Source of the DNA: Cyclobacteriaceae bacterium
Lineage (GTDB): Bacteria > Bacteroidota > Bacteroidia > Cytophagales > Cyclobacteriaceae
DNA length: 64,000 nt
Direction: 5' to 3'
Assembly: GCA_046317775.1 (NCBI GenBank)
Contig: JBKCVO010000066.1
Span: 7,872-71,871, forward strand
Shown: positions 48,817 through 60,175 of the stretch, in pieces
How the letters are laid out: each line of letters opens with the position of its first letter
How positions within the stretch are numbered: position 1 is the stretch's first letter
Made by a program: the position numbers and the translations under genes
Notes under the pieces: model-generated
What the model saw: the letters and a program-made list of their open reading frames with translations, nothing else
The model's database searches: none
What the model was told of the DNA's origin: nothing

Positions 48817-50076
48817 ATGATGAAGGATAGATTATCTGATCTCGTTAAGATTCTCACAATCGTACTGTTCGTTACAACAAGCATTACTTCTTTCTCCCAA
48901 GAAATACCGACAGACGCTGCCGCAATCAGCGCAGGTGAGGCCTTATTTAATGGCAATTGTAAATCATGCCATCGTGTCAAACAAAAATTGGTAGGTCCGG
49001 CATTGGCTGGAGTAGAGGGTCGTGCACCATCCATCGCTTGGATTCTGGAATGGGTGAAGAACCCCGCCAAGAAAATCGCTTCTGGCGATGAGTATGCCAA
49101 CAAAATTTATAATGAATATAACAAAAGCCAGATGACGGCTTTCACTAGCTACACCGATGCTCAAATTCTGAGTATTTTGGCTTATGTAAAAGCAGAGGCA
49201 TCTAAAATAGATTTACCTCCTCCTCCGCCTCCTGGTGGTGATGTAGCAGGTGGTGGTGGTTCGGGCGTTCCATCTTCTTACATGAATACCATCCTTGGCG
49301 GGATGATTCTGATTTTGGTGTTGATGCTGATCATCTTAGGATTGATTGTAAATGCTCTAAAGAGATTCTTGAATCAAAAAGAACTTACTGCAGAAGATGC
49401 AGAGGTTGTTAATTCACCATATACCTTCTCTAGCATTACTCGCAGCACCGGGTTTATCTTCTTAGTCACTTTCTTGGTAGTTTCGATCGGATTCAAAACC
49501 GTAATTGATGGACTCTATTCCATTGGTGTTCAACAAGATTACCAGCCCAAGCAGCCAATCGCCTTCTCTCACAAACTGCATGCTGGTTCTTACGAGATCG
49601 ACTGTAAGTATTGTCACACCGGTGTGATGAAAGGAAAACAGGCTAATATTCCTTCACCTAATATCTGTATGAACTGCCACACGCAGATTAAACAGGAATC
49701 TCCTGAGATCCAAAAGATATATTCAGCAATCGGTTATGATCCTAAGACTGCTTCTTACACAGGCAAACAAAAGCCGATCGAGTGGGTTCGTATCCACAAC
49801 TTGCCCGACTTAGCATACTTCAACCACGCACAACACGTAAATGTAGGTGGCATTGAGTGCCAAACTTGCCATGGCCCAATTCAAGAGATGGAAGTAGTGA
49901 AGCAATACTCTTTGTTAACGATGGGATGGTGTATTGACTGCCATCGCAAGACAGATGTAAACACCAAGGACAATGCTTACTACGACAAATTAAATGAACT
50001 CCACCTGTTTGCGAAGAAATCAAAGATGAAAGTGGAAGACATTGGAGGTTTGGAATGCGCTAAATGCCACTATTAA
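48817..50076 (+). CDS. actA: Alternative complex III ActA (monoheme + pentaheme cytochrome c)
   Basis: Six CxxCH motifs (CKSCH, CKYCH, CMNCH, CQTCH, CIDCH, CAKCH); start placed downstream of the promoter. Confidence 0.92.
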   Translation: MMKDRLSDLVKILTIVLFVTTSITSFSQEIPTDAAAISAGEALFNGNCKSCHRVKQKLVGPALAGVEGRAPSIAWILEWVKNPAKKIASGDEYANKIYNEYNKSQMTAFTSYTDAQILSILAYVKAEASKIDLPPPPPPGGDVAGGGGSGVPSSYMNTILGGMILILVLMLIILGLIVNALKRFLNQKELTAEDAEVVNSPYTFSSITRSTGFIFLVTFLVVSIGFKTVIDGLYSIGVQQDYQPKQPIAFSHKLHAGSYEIDCKYCHTGVMKGKQANIPSPNICMNCHTQIKQESPEIQKIYSAIGYDPKTASYTGKQKPIEWVRIHNLPDLAYFNHAQHVNVGGIECQTCHGPIQEMEVVKQYSLLTMGWCIDCHRKTDVNTKDNAYYDKLNELHLFAKKSKMKVEDIGGLECAKCHY

Positions 50077-50112
50077 TATTATAGAAAGTTTTTCGGTCAC
50101 GATACAGATTCT

Positions 50113-53100
50113 ATGAGCACTACTACTAAAAAGACATACTGGAAAGGATTACCCCAACTGACGAATGATCCGGCTTACGTAAAAGATGCCGACAAAGAGT
50201 TTGTTGACAAAGGCGTACAAGACGATCCGGGTCACTCCAGAAGAGATTTCTTGAAAATGATGGGCTTCAGTGTAGCCGCTGCATCCTTAGCAGCGTGCGA
50301 AGCGCCTATCCGAAAAGCCATCCCTTATGTGGTGAAGCCAATGGATGCCGATGCCGGTATTCCTAATTATTATGCTTCTTCTTACGTAAATGGAGGAGAT
50401 TATTGCTCCGTAGTTGTAAAAGTACGCGATGGTCGTCCGATCAAAATTGATGGAAATACCTTATCCAGCGTAACAAAAGGCGGAACCAGTGCACAAGTGG
50501 AGGCTTCTGTGCTTTCTTTGTATGATAACTTCCGCTTACGCGGACCGAAAGCCAATGGCAAAGACACCGATTGGCAAACCATCGACAAAGAAGTGACAGC
50601 TAAGTTGGGCGACATCGCTGCAAAAGGCGGTCAGATCCGAATTGTCAGCAATACCATTCTCAGCCCTTCGACAAAGGCAATCATTGAGAAATTCAAAGTA
50701 AAATACCCAACCACTACACACGTTCAATACGATCCCATTTCTTATTATGGAATCCTAAAGGCGAATGAAGAGTCGTTTGGAGTTGCTCAAATCCCTTCAT
50801 ACGATTTCAGCAAAGCTAAATTGATCGTCAGTGTAGGAGCCGATTTCTTAGGAACTTGGTTATCACCTATCGAATTCTCTAAAGGTTATGCTACCACTCG
50901 CGAAGTAAGCGAGGACAAGAGAGAAATGTCTCGTCACTATCAGTTCGAAAGCAATCTTTCGCTGACAGGCGCAAATGCAGACTACCGTGGTATGATGAAG
51001 CCTTCACAAGAGGCGGCTGTTCTTACTCAGATTTACAATATTGTTGCAGGAAAATCGGCTGCTGACTCAGGCGTTCAATATGTAGAAAAAGCAGCTAAGG
51101 AATTGCTCGAAAATAAAGGAGCTTCTATCGTAGTTTCAAGCTCGAATGACAAAGAAGCTCAAGTTCTTGTCAACGAAATAAACAACTTGTTGGGTAATTA
51201 CGGATCTACGATTCTTACCTCATTGCCAGTTAATTTCCGCCAAGGAAATGACGAAGCAATGGCTGCATTCGTAGCCGAAGCCAAAGAAGGAAAAGTAGAC
51301 GGAGTTATTTTCTATAATTGCAATCCGGTTTATGATCATCCTGCGGGCGCTGATTTAGCAGCTGCTCTGAGGAAAGTAACTTTAAGCGTTTCTACTTCCT
51401 ATACGCCTGATGAAACCGCATCGGCAGTTGCCTACATGGCTCCGGATAACCACTACTTAGAATCATGGAATGACTTTGAGCCGAAGCCTAATCGCTTCAG
51501 CTTATCGCAACCGGCCATCACGCCACTTTTTAAATCACGTCAGGCTCAAGAAAGTTTCCTAACGTGGGCAGGAGAATCAAACGTAGAATACTATTCTACC
51601 CTGAACGAGAATTGGAAGAACTGGTTCTTTGCGAAACAGACCGATGTGTTGGATTTCCAAAGCTTCTGGGATAAATGCCTCTATGAAGGTGTTTATGAAG
51701 TAGCTTCTGAATTAAAAGAATTAACCTTCACCTCACATGCGGATGATGCGTTGGCAAATGTTGCCAAAAGTGCCAAAGCAGGTGATTTCGAATTGGCGAT
51801 TTATGAAAGCTATGGAATTGGAAATGGAAGCCAGGCAAACAACCCGTTGCTGCAGGAATTACCCGATCCTATTACCAAAGCAACTTGGGATCATTATGTA
51901 ACCATTTCTCAAAAGGACGCTAAAAAATTAGGATTAGAAAATGATGCAGAAGGCAATACCAAGCTGTTAACAATTTCAGTTGGTGGTAAGTCAATCACGT
52001 TGCCTGCATTGATTCAACCGGGACAAGCTCCGGGCACAATCGGCATTGCATTAGGCTATGGCCGTACTAATGTAGGCGAAGTAGCTAAAGGTTTAGGCCT
52101 TAATTTATATCCATTCGTATCAACAGCAAACGGTTCTTTGAACTACACTGCATCAGGTGTGAAAGTAGTAGCTACTGCTGACGACTTTCAGTTAGCGCAA
52201 ACACAAATCCATCAGACTTACATGGGGCGTGCAAGCGTGATTCAAGAATCAGTTCTATCTGAGTTTAAGAAAAATCCGGCTGCCGGACGTGAGTTTCCAA
52301 AGATTTCAAATTGGGATGAGAAGGTAGACGCTTCTTCCTTGTCTCTATGGAAAGGTCATGAATATAAAAACCATTATTGGGGTATGGCGATCGACCTCAA
52401 CACATGTAACGGTTGCGCGGCTTGCGTAGTCGCTTGTAATGTGGAGAACAACGTAGCCTTGGTTGGTAAACAAGAGGTCATCAACCGCAGAGAGATGCAT
52501 TGGTTGCGCATTGACCGCTATTACAGCAGCGATGCAAATCCTGAAAATTATGATGCGGCAGAAATTGCTTCAGAGAATCCGGAAGTAGTATTCCAGCCAA
52601 TGATGTGTCAGCATTGCAACAATGCACCTTGTGAAACAGTATGTCCGGTGGCTGCCACAACACACAGCACCGAAGGCCTGAACCAAATGACGTATAACCG
52701 TTGTATCGGTACCCGCTATTGTGCTAACAACTGTCCTTATAAAGTAAGACGTTTCAACTGGTTCAAATACCACGATAACCAACAGTTCTATCAATCTAAC
52801 CCAGCTATGAACACGGATTTGGGAAGAATGGTATTGAATCCGGATGTTACCGTTCGCTCTCGCGGTGTTATGGAGAAATGCTCTTTCTGCGTACAGCGCA
52901 TTCAAACTGGAAAGCTGACCGCGAAGAAGGAGAGAAGACCGATGAAAGACGGAGAAGTTGTTACAGCGTGTCAGGCTGCTTGTACCACAGGTGCCATCGT
53001 GTTTGGAGATATGAACAATCCGGAAAGCAGCATCAGCAAGTTGCTGAAGATTGAAAGCGATCCGAAACGTCCTTATGGAATTGATAAGAAAATCGGAAAT

Positions 53101-53199
53101 CCACGCGCGTACCGCGTACTGGAAGAAATTGGTGTGAAACCAAATATTTTCTATCTGACCAAAATCAGAAACAAAGACGAGAAAAAAGAACACGCATAA
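50113..53199 (+). CDS. actB: ACIII ActB (Tat-exported molybdopterin-fold/4Fe-4S subunit)
   Basis: SRRDFLK Tat motif; CNGCAACVVAC, CQHCNNAPC, CIGTRYC, CSFC. Confidence 0.93.
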   Translation: MSTTTKKTYWKGLPQLTNDPAYVKDADKEFVDKGVQDDPGHSRRDFLKMMGFSVAAASLAACEAPIRKAIPYVVKPMDADAGIPNYYASSYVNGGDYCSVVVKVRDGRPIKIDGNTLSSVTKGGTSAQVEASVLSLYDNFRLRGPKANGKDTDWQTIDKEVTAKLGDIAAKGGQIRIVSNTILSPSTKAIIEKFKVKYPTTTHVQYDPISYYGILKANEESFGVAQIPSYDFSKAKLIVSVGADFLGTWLSPIEFSKGYATTREVSEDKREMSRHYQFESNLSLTGANADYRGMMKPSQEAAVLTQIYNIVAGKSAADSGVQYVEKAAKELLENKGASIVVSSSNDKEAQVLVNEINNLLGNYGSTILTSLPVNFRQGNDEAMAAFVAEAKEGKVDGVIFYNCNPVYDHPAGADLAAALRKVTLSVSTSYTPDETASAVAYMAPDNHYLESWNDFEPKPNRFSLSQPAITPLFKSRQAQESFLTWAGESNVEYYSTLNENWKNWFFAKQTDVLDFQSFWDKCLYEGVYEVASELKELTFTSHADDALANVAKSAKAGDFELAIYESYGIGNGSQANNPLLQELPDPITKATWDHYVTISQKDAKKLGLENDAEGNTKLLTISVGGKSITLPALIQPGQAPGTIGIALGYGRTNVGEVAKGLGLNLYPFVSTANGSLNYTASGVKVVATADDFQLAQTQIHQTYMGRASVIQESVLSEFKKNPAAGREFPKISNWDEKVDASSLSLWKGHEYKNHYWGMAIDLNTCNGCAACVVACNVENNVALVGKQEVINRREMHWLRIDRYYSSDANPENYDAAEIASENPEVVFQPMMCQHCNNAPCETVCPVAATTHSTEGLNQMTYNRCIGTRYCANNCPYKVRRFNWFKYHDNQQFYQSNPAMNTDLGRMVLNPDVTVRSRGVMEKCSFCVQRIQTGKLTAKKERRPMKDGEVVTACQAACTTGAIVFGDMNNPESSISKLLKIESDPKRPYGIDKKIGNPRAYRVLEEIGVKPNIFYLTKIRNKDEKKEHA

Positions 53200-53230
53200 A
53201 ACCAGTTTTGATTTTTATTGAATTTAAGAT

Positions 53231-54604
53231 ATGCAAGTAACTTCTTCGATACGCGAACCGCTAATTACCGGAGGTAAAACCGTCCATGATGTTTCAGAAG
53301 ACATTAGCCGTCAGGTAGAAGGTAAACCCACTCAATTGTGGTGGATTGCCATGGGTATTTCCCTGACGCTTTTTGCGTTTGGCTTCTATTGCCTTTGCAC
53401 TCTTCTTTGGGAAGGGGTAGGGGTTTGGGGGTTAAATAAAACAGTAGGTTGGGCGTGGGATATCACCAACTTCGTTTGGTGGGTTGGTATCGGTCACGCA
53501 GGAACGTTGATCTCTGCCATCCTTTTGTTATTCCGCCAGAAGTGGAGAATGTCTATCAACCGTGCCGCGGAAGCGATGACCATTTTTGCCGTTATTTGTG
53601 CGGCTACATTCCCGTTCGCTCACATGGGGCGTTTGTGGTTAGGATTTTACTGGGTGTTTCCATTACCCAATACATGGGGTTCGCTTTGGGCTAACTTCAA
53701 CTCACCATTGTTGTGGGACGTGTTTGCAATCTCAACGTATTTCTCGGTTTCATTGGTGTTCTGGTACATGGGACTTATCCCTGACTTCGCAGTTATCCGC
53801 GACAGAGCGGTTCGCCAGGGACATCAGCTTCGTGCCAACATTTATAACTTTTTAAGCTTTGGATGGGATGGTGCCGCTAAAACATGGAGCCGCTATGAAT
53901 CGGTTGCCCTGATTCTGGCAGGTCTTTCAACACCTCTCGTATTATCAGTTCATACAATCGTATCCATGGACTTCGCTACTTCGGTGGTTCCGGGATGGCA
54001 CGCTACCATTTTCCCTCCCTACTTCGTGGCTGGTGCGATCTTCTCTGGTTTTGCCATGGTGTTAACGCTTCTTTTAATCACTCGCAAAGTGTTTAAACTG
54101 GAAGATTACATTACTATCTACCACGTAGAGTTGATGAACATCATTATCATCGTGACAGGTTCAATCGTAGGTATCGCTTATATCACAGAGTTCTTCATTG
54201 CCTGGTATGGTCAGGTGCCAGCTGAGCAATATGCGTTCTATAACCGTATGCAAGGTCCGTATTGGTGGGCATACTGGTCCATGATGACGTGTAACGTAAT
54301 TTCTCCTCAACTCTTCTGGTTTAAGAAAATCAGAACGAATCTGGTGGCTACGTTTGTGTTGTCAATCATCGTGAACATCGGTATGTGGTTTGAGCGTTTC
54401 GTGATCATTGTAACGTCTATTCACCGTGACTATGTTCCTTCAAGCTGGTCGATGTTCCACCCTACATTGTACGATGCAGGAGAGTACATCTTCACATTTG
54501 GTTTATTCTTGACGGCCTTCTTATTATTCGCCAAGTTTTTCCCGGTGATCAACATGGCAGAGGTAAAGAGCATTATTAAGTCATCATCAGAACAGAAGCA
54601 CTAA
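53231..54604 (+). CDS. actC: ACIII ActC (NrfD family)
   Basis: [36 protein letters not shown]. Confidence 0.93.
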   Translation: MQVTSSIREPLITGGKTVHDVSEDISRQVEGKPTQLWWIAMGISLTLFAFGFYCLCTLLWEGVGVWGLNKTVGWAWDITNFVWWVGIGHAGTLISAILLLFRQKWRMSINRAAEAMTIFAVICAATFPFAHMGRLWLGFYWVFPLPNTWGSLWANFNSPLLWDVFAISTYFSVSLVFWYMGLIPDFAVIRDRAVRQGHQLRANIYNFLSFGWDGAAKTWSRYESVALILAGLSTPLVLSVHTIVSMDFATSVVPGWHATIFPPYFVAGAIFSGFAMVLTLLLITRKVFKLEDYITIYHVELMNIIIIVTGSIVGIAYITEFFIAWYGQVPAEQYAFYNRMQGPYWWAYWSMMTCNVISPQLFWFKKIRTNLVATFVLSIIVNIGMWFERFVIIVTSIHRDYVPSSWSMFHPTLYDAGEYIFTFGLFLTAFLLFAKFFPVINMAEVKSIIKSSSEQKH

Positions 54605-54607
54605 TAT

Positions 54608-55132
54608 ATGGAGAGCAATAAGAACTTTGTTGTCGGAATATTTGAGGATGAAGACGTGCTATTGCACGCGGTAGAGCATACACGCGAGAAAGGATTGAAA
54701 ATCCATGAGGTGTATTCTCCGTTTCCGGTTCACGGCTTAGACGAGGCATTGGGATATAAGCGTTCGCGCTTGCCAATTGCTGCATTCTTATTCGGCATGA
54801 CCGGCACTTCTTTAGCCTTATTGATGCAGTTCTGGATGTTGGGTTACGATTGGCCAATGATCATTGGTGGTAAGAACCACGCTTCGTTGCCTCCCTTTAT
54901 TCCGGTAACTTTTGAAATGACGGTGTTGTTGGCGGCTTTTGGTATGGTGGGAACCTTCTTTATCGCCAGCGATATGAAGCCTTACAAATGGCCGCGTCAG
55001 TTTGATCTTCGTAGCACAGACGACAAGCACGTAGTGGCTGTGGACTTAGCTGCAAACAAAATGAGTAAAGAAGAAATCAGCGCTTTGTTAAAATCACAAG
55101 GAGCGTCCGAAGTAAACGAAAAGAATTTTTAA
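54608..55132 (+). CDS. actD: ACIII ActD (DUF3341)
   Basis: EVYSPFPVHGLD, FIPVTFEMTVL. Confidence 0.92.
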   Translation: MESNKNFVVGIFEDEDVLLHAVEHTREKGLKIHEVYSPFPVHGLDEALGYKRSRLPIAAFLFGMTGTSLALLMQFWMLGYDWPMIIGGKNHASLPPFIPVTFEMTVLLAAFGMVGTFFIASDMKPYKWPRQFDLRSTDDKHVVAVDLAANKMSKEEISALLKSQGASEVNEKNF

Positions 55133-55798
55133 TTGAACGTTGCTATGCGAATAGGATTAAAATTATCAATGGGTCTTCTGGTGGTTGTTTTCATGGCCGC
55201 TTGTAAGGCGAGTGGAGATTATCAGGGTTTGGAGTATGCTCCGAACATGTACCACTCGGTTGCTTACGAGCCGCTTTCTCAAATTACCGACCCGAATCAA
55301 GGAAAGTTTACCAATGCGTTGAACAATGGAAGAGGAGAGTTTTATAACTCAAACCAATACAATCCTTATAATATGAATTTGCGTTTGCCTCCCGCGAACA
55401 CGGTAAGAAGAACTGCTACAGGTTGGCTGCCGTACCGTGGAGCGAATGACAGCACCGGCTTACGTTTGGCGAATAAGCTGGTTAATCCGTACGATTCAGC
55501 AGCGGCAATTTTAACGCAAGGAAAAGCTTTGTATGAAATGTATTGCCAACATTGCCATGGCGCCAAGGCGGGTGGTGATGGAAAGGTAGCAACAGGAGTT
55601 AAGATAGATGGTGTGGAGCACAGCGTTTACCCTGGAGTTGCCAACTTAAAGGGTGATGCTTACAAAAATATTACCGAGGGGCACATCTTTCATGTCATTA
55701 CCTATGGCAAAGGCTTGATGGGATCGCACGGTTCTCAGGTAAGCGAAGAAGATCGCTGGAAGATCGCCAGGTATGTAAAACAACTACAAAAGAATTAA
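55133..55798 (+). CDS. actE: ACIII ActE monoheme cytochrome c lipoprotein
   Basis: Lipobox MAAC; YAPNMYHS; CQHCH; M ligand in GLMGSH. Confidence 0.9.
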   Translation: MNVAMRIGLKLSMGLLVVVFMAACKASGDYQGLEYAPNMYHSVAYEPLSQITDPNQGKFTNALNNGRGEFYNSNQYNPYNMNLRLPPANTVRRTATGWLPYRGANDSTGLRLANKLVNPYDSAAAILTQGKALYEMYCQHCHGAKAGGDGKVATGVKIDGVEHSVYPGVANLKGDAYKNITEGHIFHVITYGKGLMGSHGSQVSEEDRWKIARYVKQLQKN

Positions 55799-55810
55799 TT
55801 TCTATTCTCA

Positions 55811-57166
55811 ATGATAGCGGACGAAAAATACATTTTCAAACCTCAGACCAAGCAAAAGCTATTTATCCTGATCGGTGTTGGTTTATTGCTTTTTGTTATT
55901 GGGGTATTCATGGCCCAAAATGGCGGTCATCATGAAGCAGCAGAAAAGCATGCTTCCACTGAGATAGCAAAGGAATTACTGGCAAGTACCGAGCCTGCTC
56001 AGCATGGGGCTGCGCATGCACCAGCTGCCGAAGGACATCATGGAAGCCCTACCTGGTTGAAACGCATTTATACTTCTTTGTGGCAGAATAACATCTTCTT
56101 TGCCGGCATCGGAGTTATCGGATTATTCTTCATCGCAATTCAGTATGCTGCGCAAGCAGGCTGGTCTGCGCCTATCAAGCGTATTCCTCTTGCAATTGGT
56201 GCCTGGATTCCTGTTGCCGGAGTGTTGACTTTTATTCTTTGGTTGCTTGTGCACGGGGATATCTTTCATTGGACCGATCCAAATCTATATATAAAAGGAA
56301 ACGAGCATTATGACAAAATATTGGTAGGTAAGAAAGCATATTTCTTCGGGCCTTTTAATGAAGGTACATTCCCGATCTTTTATATTGTAAGAATGGTGTT
56401 GTTCTTCGGCCTGTGGTATATGTTCTTTACCTGGATCAAGAAGGAAATGTTGGCGGAGGATGTGGATGGAGGAACGAAACATTGGTTCACTTCACGTAAG
56501 CTTTCGGCCTATTTCTTAGTGATTTTCGCTGTGAGTTCTTCTGTTGCAGCTTGGGATTGGGTAATGAGCATTGACCCACATTGGTTCAGTACTATGTTTG
56601 GTTGGTATGTGTTTGCGAGCTGGTGGGTAACCGGTTTGGCAACCATTACTTTGATCGTAGCAAATTTGAAGGGCGCTGGTTATTTGAAAGTAGTTACCCA
56701 GAACCACTTGCATGACCTTGGTAAATTTGTATTCGCGTTCAGTATTTTCTGGACCTATATCTGGTTCTGTCAGTTCATGCTGATCTACTACGCCAACTTA
56801 CCGGAAGAGACAGTTTATTTTATTCAGCGCATGAGAAATGCACCGTATAGCTGGATATTTTACTTCAACATTTTCTTAAACTTTGTGTTGCCCTTCTTGT
56901 TATTAATGACGAGAGATGCCAAACGCCAGGTGTCGATGTTGAAGGTTGTTTGCCCAATTGTGATTGTAGGTCACTGGTTCGATTTCTACAACATGATTAC
57001 TCCGGGTGCTATGAAGTTGGAAGGTGGCCTTGGTTTGTTGGAGATCGGATTGGGACTTGTGTTTGCAGGTGTATTCTTATACGTTATTCTGAATGCACTT
57101 TCCAAGTTACAATTGGTGGCAAAGAACCATCCGTTTATGCCAGAGAGTTTGAATCATCATATTTGA
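55811..57166 (+). CDS. actF: ACIII ActF membrane subunit
   Basis: WDWVMSIDPHWFSTMFG, HLHDLGK, QFMLIYYANLPEE. Confidence 0.9.
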   Translation: MIADEKYIFKPQTKQKLFILIGVGLLLFVIGVFMAQNGGHHEAAEKHASTEIAKELLASTEPAQHGAAHAPAAEGHHGSPTWLKRIYTSLWQNNIFFAGIGVIGLFFIAIQYAAQAGWSAPIKRIPLAIGAWIPVAGVLTFILWLLVHGDIFHWTDPNLYIKGNEHYDKILVGKKAYFFGPFNEGTFPIFYIVRMVLFFGLWYMFFTWIKKEMLAEDVDGGTKHWFTSRKLSAYFLVIFAVSSSVAAWDWVMSIDPHWFSTMFGWYVFASWWVTGLATITLIVANLKGAGYLKVVTQNHLHDLGKFVFAFSIFWTYIWFCQFMLIYYANLPEETVYFIQRMRNAPYSWIFYFNIFLNFVLPFLLLMTRDAKRQVSMLKVVCPIVIVGHWFDFYNMITPGAMKLEGGLGLLEIGLGLVFAGVFLYVILNALSKLQLVAKNHPFMPESLNHHI

Positions 57167-57194
57167 TTTGTTTTAAGATTATTAAAGTAATACT

Positions 57195-58268
57195 ATGAAT
57201 TGGATAATTTGGGTCGGAGCAATTTTGGTGTTGATCATACTGTTTATGATCTTCCGGATTGGAAACCTGGTAGAACTTGTAAAAGGAAATAAAGAGGAAG
57301 AGTTTTCCATCTCTTGGAATAACATCAACGCCTATTTGTTTCTCGGCTTTATGTTTTTCGGCCTTGTATTCTTCTTCTGGTACTCGATTACTTATTTTGC
57401 TGATTATGACCCGCCAGTAGCATCTATTCACGGCAAAATCACAGATGATTTATTTTGGTTGACCATGTGGGTGACCGTGATTGCGTTCAGTATCATTTTC
57501 ATGGTCATGTTTTGGTTCACCTTTACGTATCGTTACGACAAATCACGCAAAGCCGAATTCTTTGCAGATAATACCAAACTCGAAATTCTTTGGACGGTTG
57601 TGCCGGCCATTGTTCTAACTGTTCTGGTGGTTCAGGGGCTAATTGCTTGGTCGGATATTACAGGCCCTGCGAAAAAAGATGCAATAGTGGTTGAAATGAT
57701 TGGTCAACAGTTTTTGTGGACAGCCCGCTATCCGGGAACGAAGGACAATGAATTGGGAAAACATAATTATAAAATGATCGATGCATCCAACGAGTTTGGA
57801 TTGGATTTGAGCGACAAAAACTCTTTCGATGACTTCAAGTCATTGGAGTTACATATTCCGGTGAACAAAGAAATTCTGATGAAAATCAGAGCGAAGGATG
57901 TATTGCATAGCGTATTCCTCCCTCACTTCCGTGTGAAGATGGATGCTGTTCCTGGAGTACAAACTCACTTCAAGTTTACGGCAACGAAAACAACTGCAGA
58001 GATGCGCGAAGAGCTAAATAACCCGAACTTCAACTATGAAATGGCTTGCACCGAAGTTTGCGGAAGAGGTCACTTCTCCATGAAGTTTCCGGTGGTAGTT
58101 GACTCAGAAGAAGATTATCAGAAGTGGTTGTCTTCACAAGAATCTTGGTTGAAACAAAATCCAGAATACTTAAAATATGTGCCCGCTGAATTGAAGGAAG
58201 TAGCTATGATCAAGGCGGGTATTCCTTTGGACAACAATGTATCAGTGCAGACCGCAGCTATAAAATAA
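57195..58268 (+). CDS. coxB: Cytochrome c oxidase subunit II
   Basis: LEILWT, DVLHS, CTEVCGRGHFSM CuA motif. Confidence 0.93.
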   Translation: MNWIIWVGAILVLIILFMIFRIGNLVELVKGNKEEEFSISWNNINAYLFLGFMFFGLVFFFWYSITYFADYDPPVASIHGKITDDLFWLTMWVTVIAFSIIFMVMFWFTFTYRYDKSRKAEFFADNTKLEILWTVVPAIVLTVLVVQGLIAWSDITGPAKKDAIVVEMIGQQFLWTARYPGTKDNELGKHNYKMIDASNEFGLDLSDKNSFDDFKSLELHIPVNKEILMKIRAKDVLHSVFLPHFRVKMDAVPGVQTHFKFTATKTTAEMREELNNPNFNYEMACTEVCGRGHFSMKFPVVVDSEEDYQKWLSSQESWLKQNPEYLKYVPAELKEVAMIKAGIPLDNNVSVQTAAIK

Positions 58269-58283
58269 GCAGAGAAAGAAACT

Positions 58284-60155
58284 ATGGCAACATTAGACGT
58301 ACATCATCACATTGAAACGCACGATCATGACGATCATGGTCATGAGCATCACCACGGTAATTTCTGGACAACCTATATCTTCTCGGAAGATCACAAAGTA
58401 ATTGCTAAGCAATTCCTGCTTACCGGTATGGCATGGGCGCTTATCGGGGGTATTCTATCTGTATTATTTCGTTTGCAGCTGGGATTTCCGGAGGCAAACT
58501 TGTCATGGTTAAAGCCAATCTTAGGCGGTTGGTTGACTGCGGAAGGAAAAATTGATCCTGATTTTTATCTGGCATTGGTAACGATGCACGGCACAATCAT
58601 GGTGTTCTTCGTATTGACTGCAGGCCTGAGTGGAACGTTCAGTAACTTCTTGATTCCGTTGCAAATCGGTGCCCGTGATATGGCATCCGGTTTCATGAAT
58701 ATGTTGTCGTACTGGTTCTTCTTCTTATCCAGTGTGATCATGTTTATTTCACTTTTCATTTCCACTGGCCCTGCGGCAGGTGGTTGGGTGATTTATCCTC
58801 CTTTGAGTGCTTTACCTCAGGCCATTCCTGGATCTGGATTGGGTATGACATTGTGGTTGGTATCCATGGCATTGTTTATTGTGAGTTCACTCTTAGGTAG
58901 TATCAATTACATCACTACCGTAATCAATATGCGTACGGTGGGTATGTCATTCGCTAAGTTGCCACTTACCATTTGGGCGTTTTTTCTAACCGCAGTTATT
59001 GGAATTCTTTCTTTCCCCGTTCTATTTGGTGCGGCATTACTGTTAATTTTTGACCGTAGCTTCGGTACCAGTTTCTACCTTTCTGACATTTACATTGGTG
59101 GAGAGGCATTGCCTAACCAAGGTGGTAGCCCAATCTTATTCCAGCATTTATTCTGGTTCTTAGGTCACCCTGAAGTGTACATTGTATTGTTGCCTGCTTT
59201 GGGTATTACATCTGAAATTATAGCAACCAATTCGCGTAAGCCAATCTTCGGTTACAAAGCGATGGTGGGTTCAATGTTAGGTATTGCAATCCTATCATTT
59301 GTTGTGTGGGCTCACCACATGTTTGTAACGGGTATGAATCCTTTCCTTGGGTCTGTTTTTACCCTTCTTACATTGATCATTGCAGTTCCCTCTGCAGTTA
59401 AAATCTTTAACTATGTCACTACCTTATGGAAGGGCAATATCCGCTTTACACCTGCGATGTTGTTCTCGATTGGTCTGGTTTCATTCTTCTTAACTGGAGG
59501 TATTACGGGTCTTTTCTTAGGAAACTCAGCTGTCGACATTCAGTTGCACGACACATACTTTGTAGTAGCTCACTTCCACTTAGTAATGGGTAGTGCTTCT
59601 TTCTTCGGTATGATGGCGGGTGTATATCATTGGTTCCCTAAAATGTTCGGACGAATGATGGACGAGAAGTTGGGCTATTTGCACTTCTGGTTAACCTTCA
59701 TTGGTGTTTACTTGGTGTTCTTCCCTATGCACTATATCGGTATTGCAGGATTCCCGAGAAGATACTACTCATGGACCGCATTCGAAACATTCAGTGGATT
59801 CGCTGATTTGAATATGCTTGTGAGTGTGGCAGCGATTATAACGTTAGCGGCACAGTTCGTATTCTTATTCAACTTTATCTATCACATTTTCCGCGGTAAA
59901 TTAGCTCCGGCTAACCCTTGGAATTCAACTACCTTGGAATGGACAACACCACGCCTTCCCGGACACGGAAACTGGCCTGGCGAAATCCCTACTGTTTATC
60001 GTTGGCCGTACGATTACAGCAAACCAGGTTCAAAAGAAGATTTCATTCCTCAACATATTCCATTCTCTGAAACACCAGAATCAAATCTGCCCAATGAAAA
60101 CGATCAGATCAAGTTAGATCTTGGCGGAGCAGGTGTAGGAGGCAATAAACACTAA
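58284..60155 (+). CDS. coxA: Cytochrome c oxidase subunit I (A1 type)
   Basis: GHPEVY, WAHH, HFH; His-rich N-terminus. Confidence 0.96.
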   Translation: MATLDVHHHIETHDHDDHGHEHHHGNFWTTYIFSEDHKVIAKQFLLTGMAWALIGGILSVLFRLQLGFPEANLSWLKPILGGWLTAEGKIDPDFYLALVTMHGTIMVFFVLTAGLSGTFSNFLIPLQIGARDMASGFMNMLSYWFFFLSSVIMFISLFISTGPAAGGWVIYPPLSALPQAIPGSGLGMTLWLVSMALFIVSSLLGSINYITTVINMRTVGMSFAKLPLTIWAFFLTAVIGILSFPVLFGAALLLIFDRSFGTSFYLSDIYIGGEALPNQGGSPILFQHLFWFLGHPEVYIVLLPALGITSEIIATNSRKPIFGYKAMVGSMLGIAILSFVVWAHHMFVTGMNPFLGSVFTLLTLIIAVPSAVKIFNYVTTLWKGNIRFTPAMLFSIGLVSFFLTGGITGLFLGNSAVDIQLHDTYFVVAHFHLVMGSASFFGMMAGVYHWFPKMFGRMMDEKLGYLHFWLTFIGVYLVFFPMHYIGIAGFPRRYYSWTAFETFSGFADLNMLVSVAAIITLAAQFVFLFNFIYHIFRGKLAPANPWNSTTLEWTTPRLPGHGNWPGEIPTVYRWPYDYSKPGSKEDFIPQHIPFSETPESNLPNENDQIKLDLGGAGVGGNKH

Positions 60156-60175
60156 TCCCTAGGATTAGTAAGAGA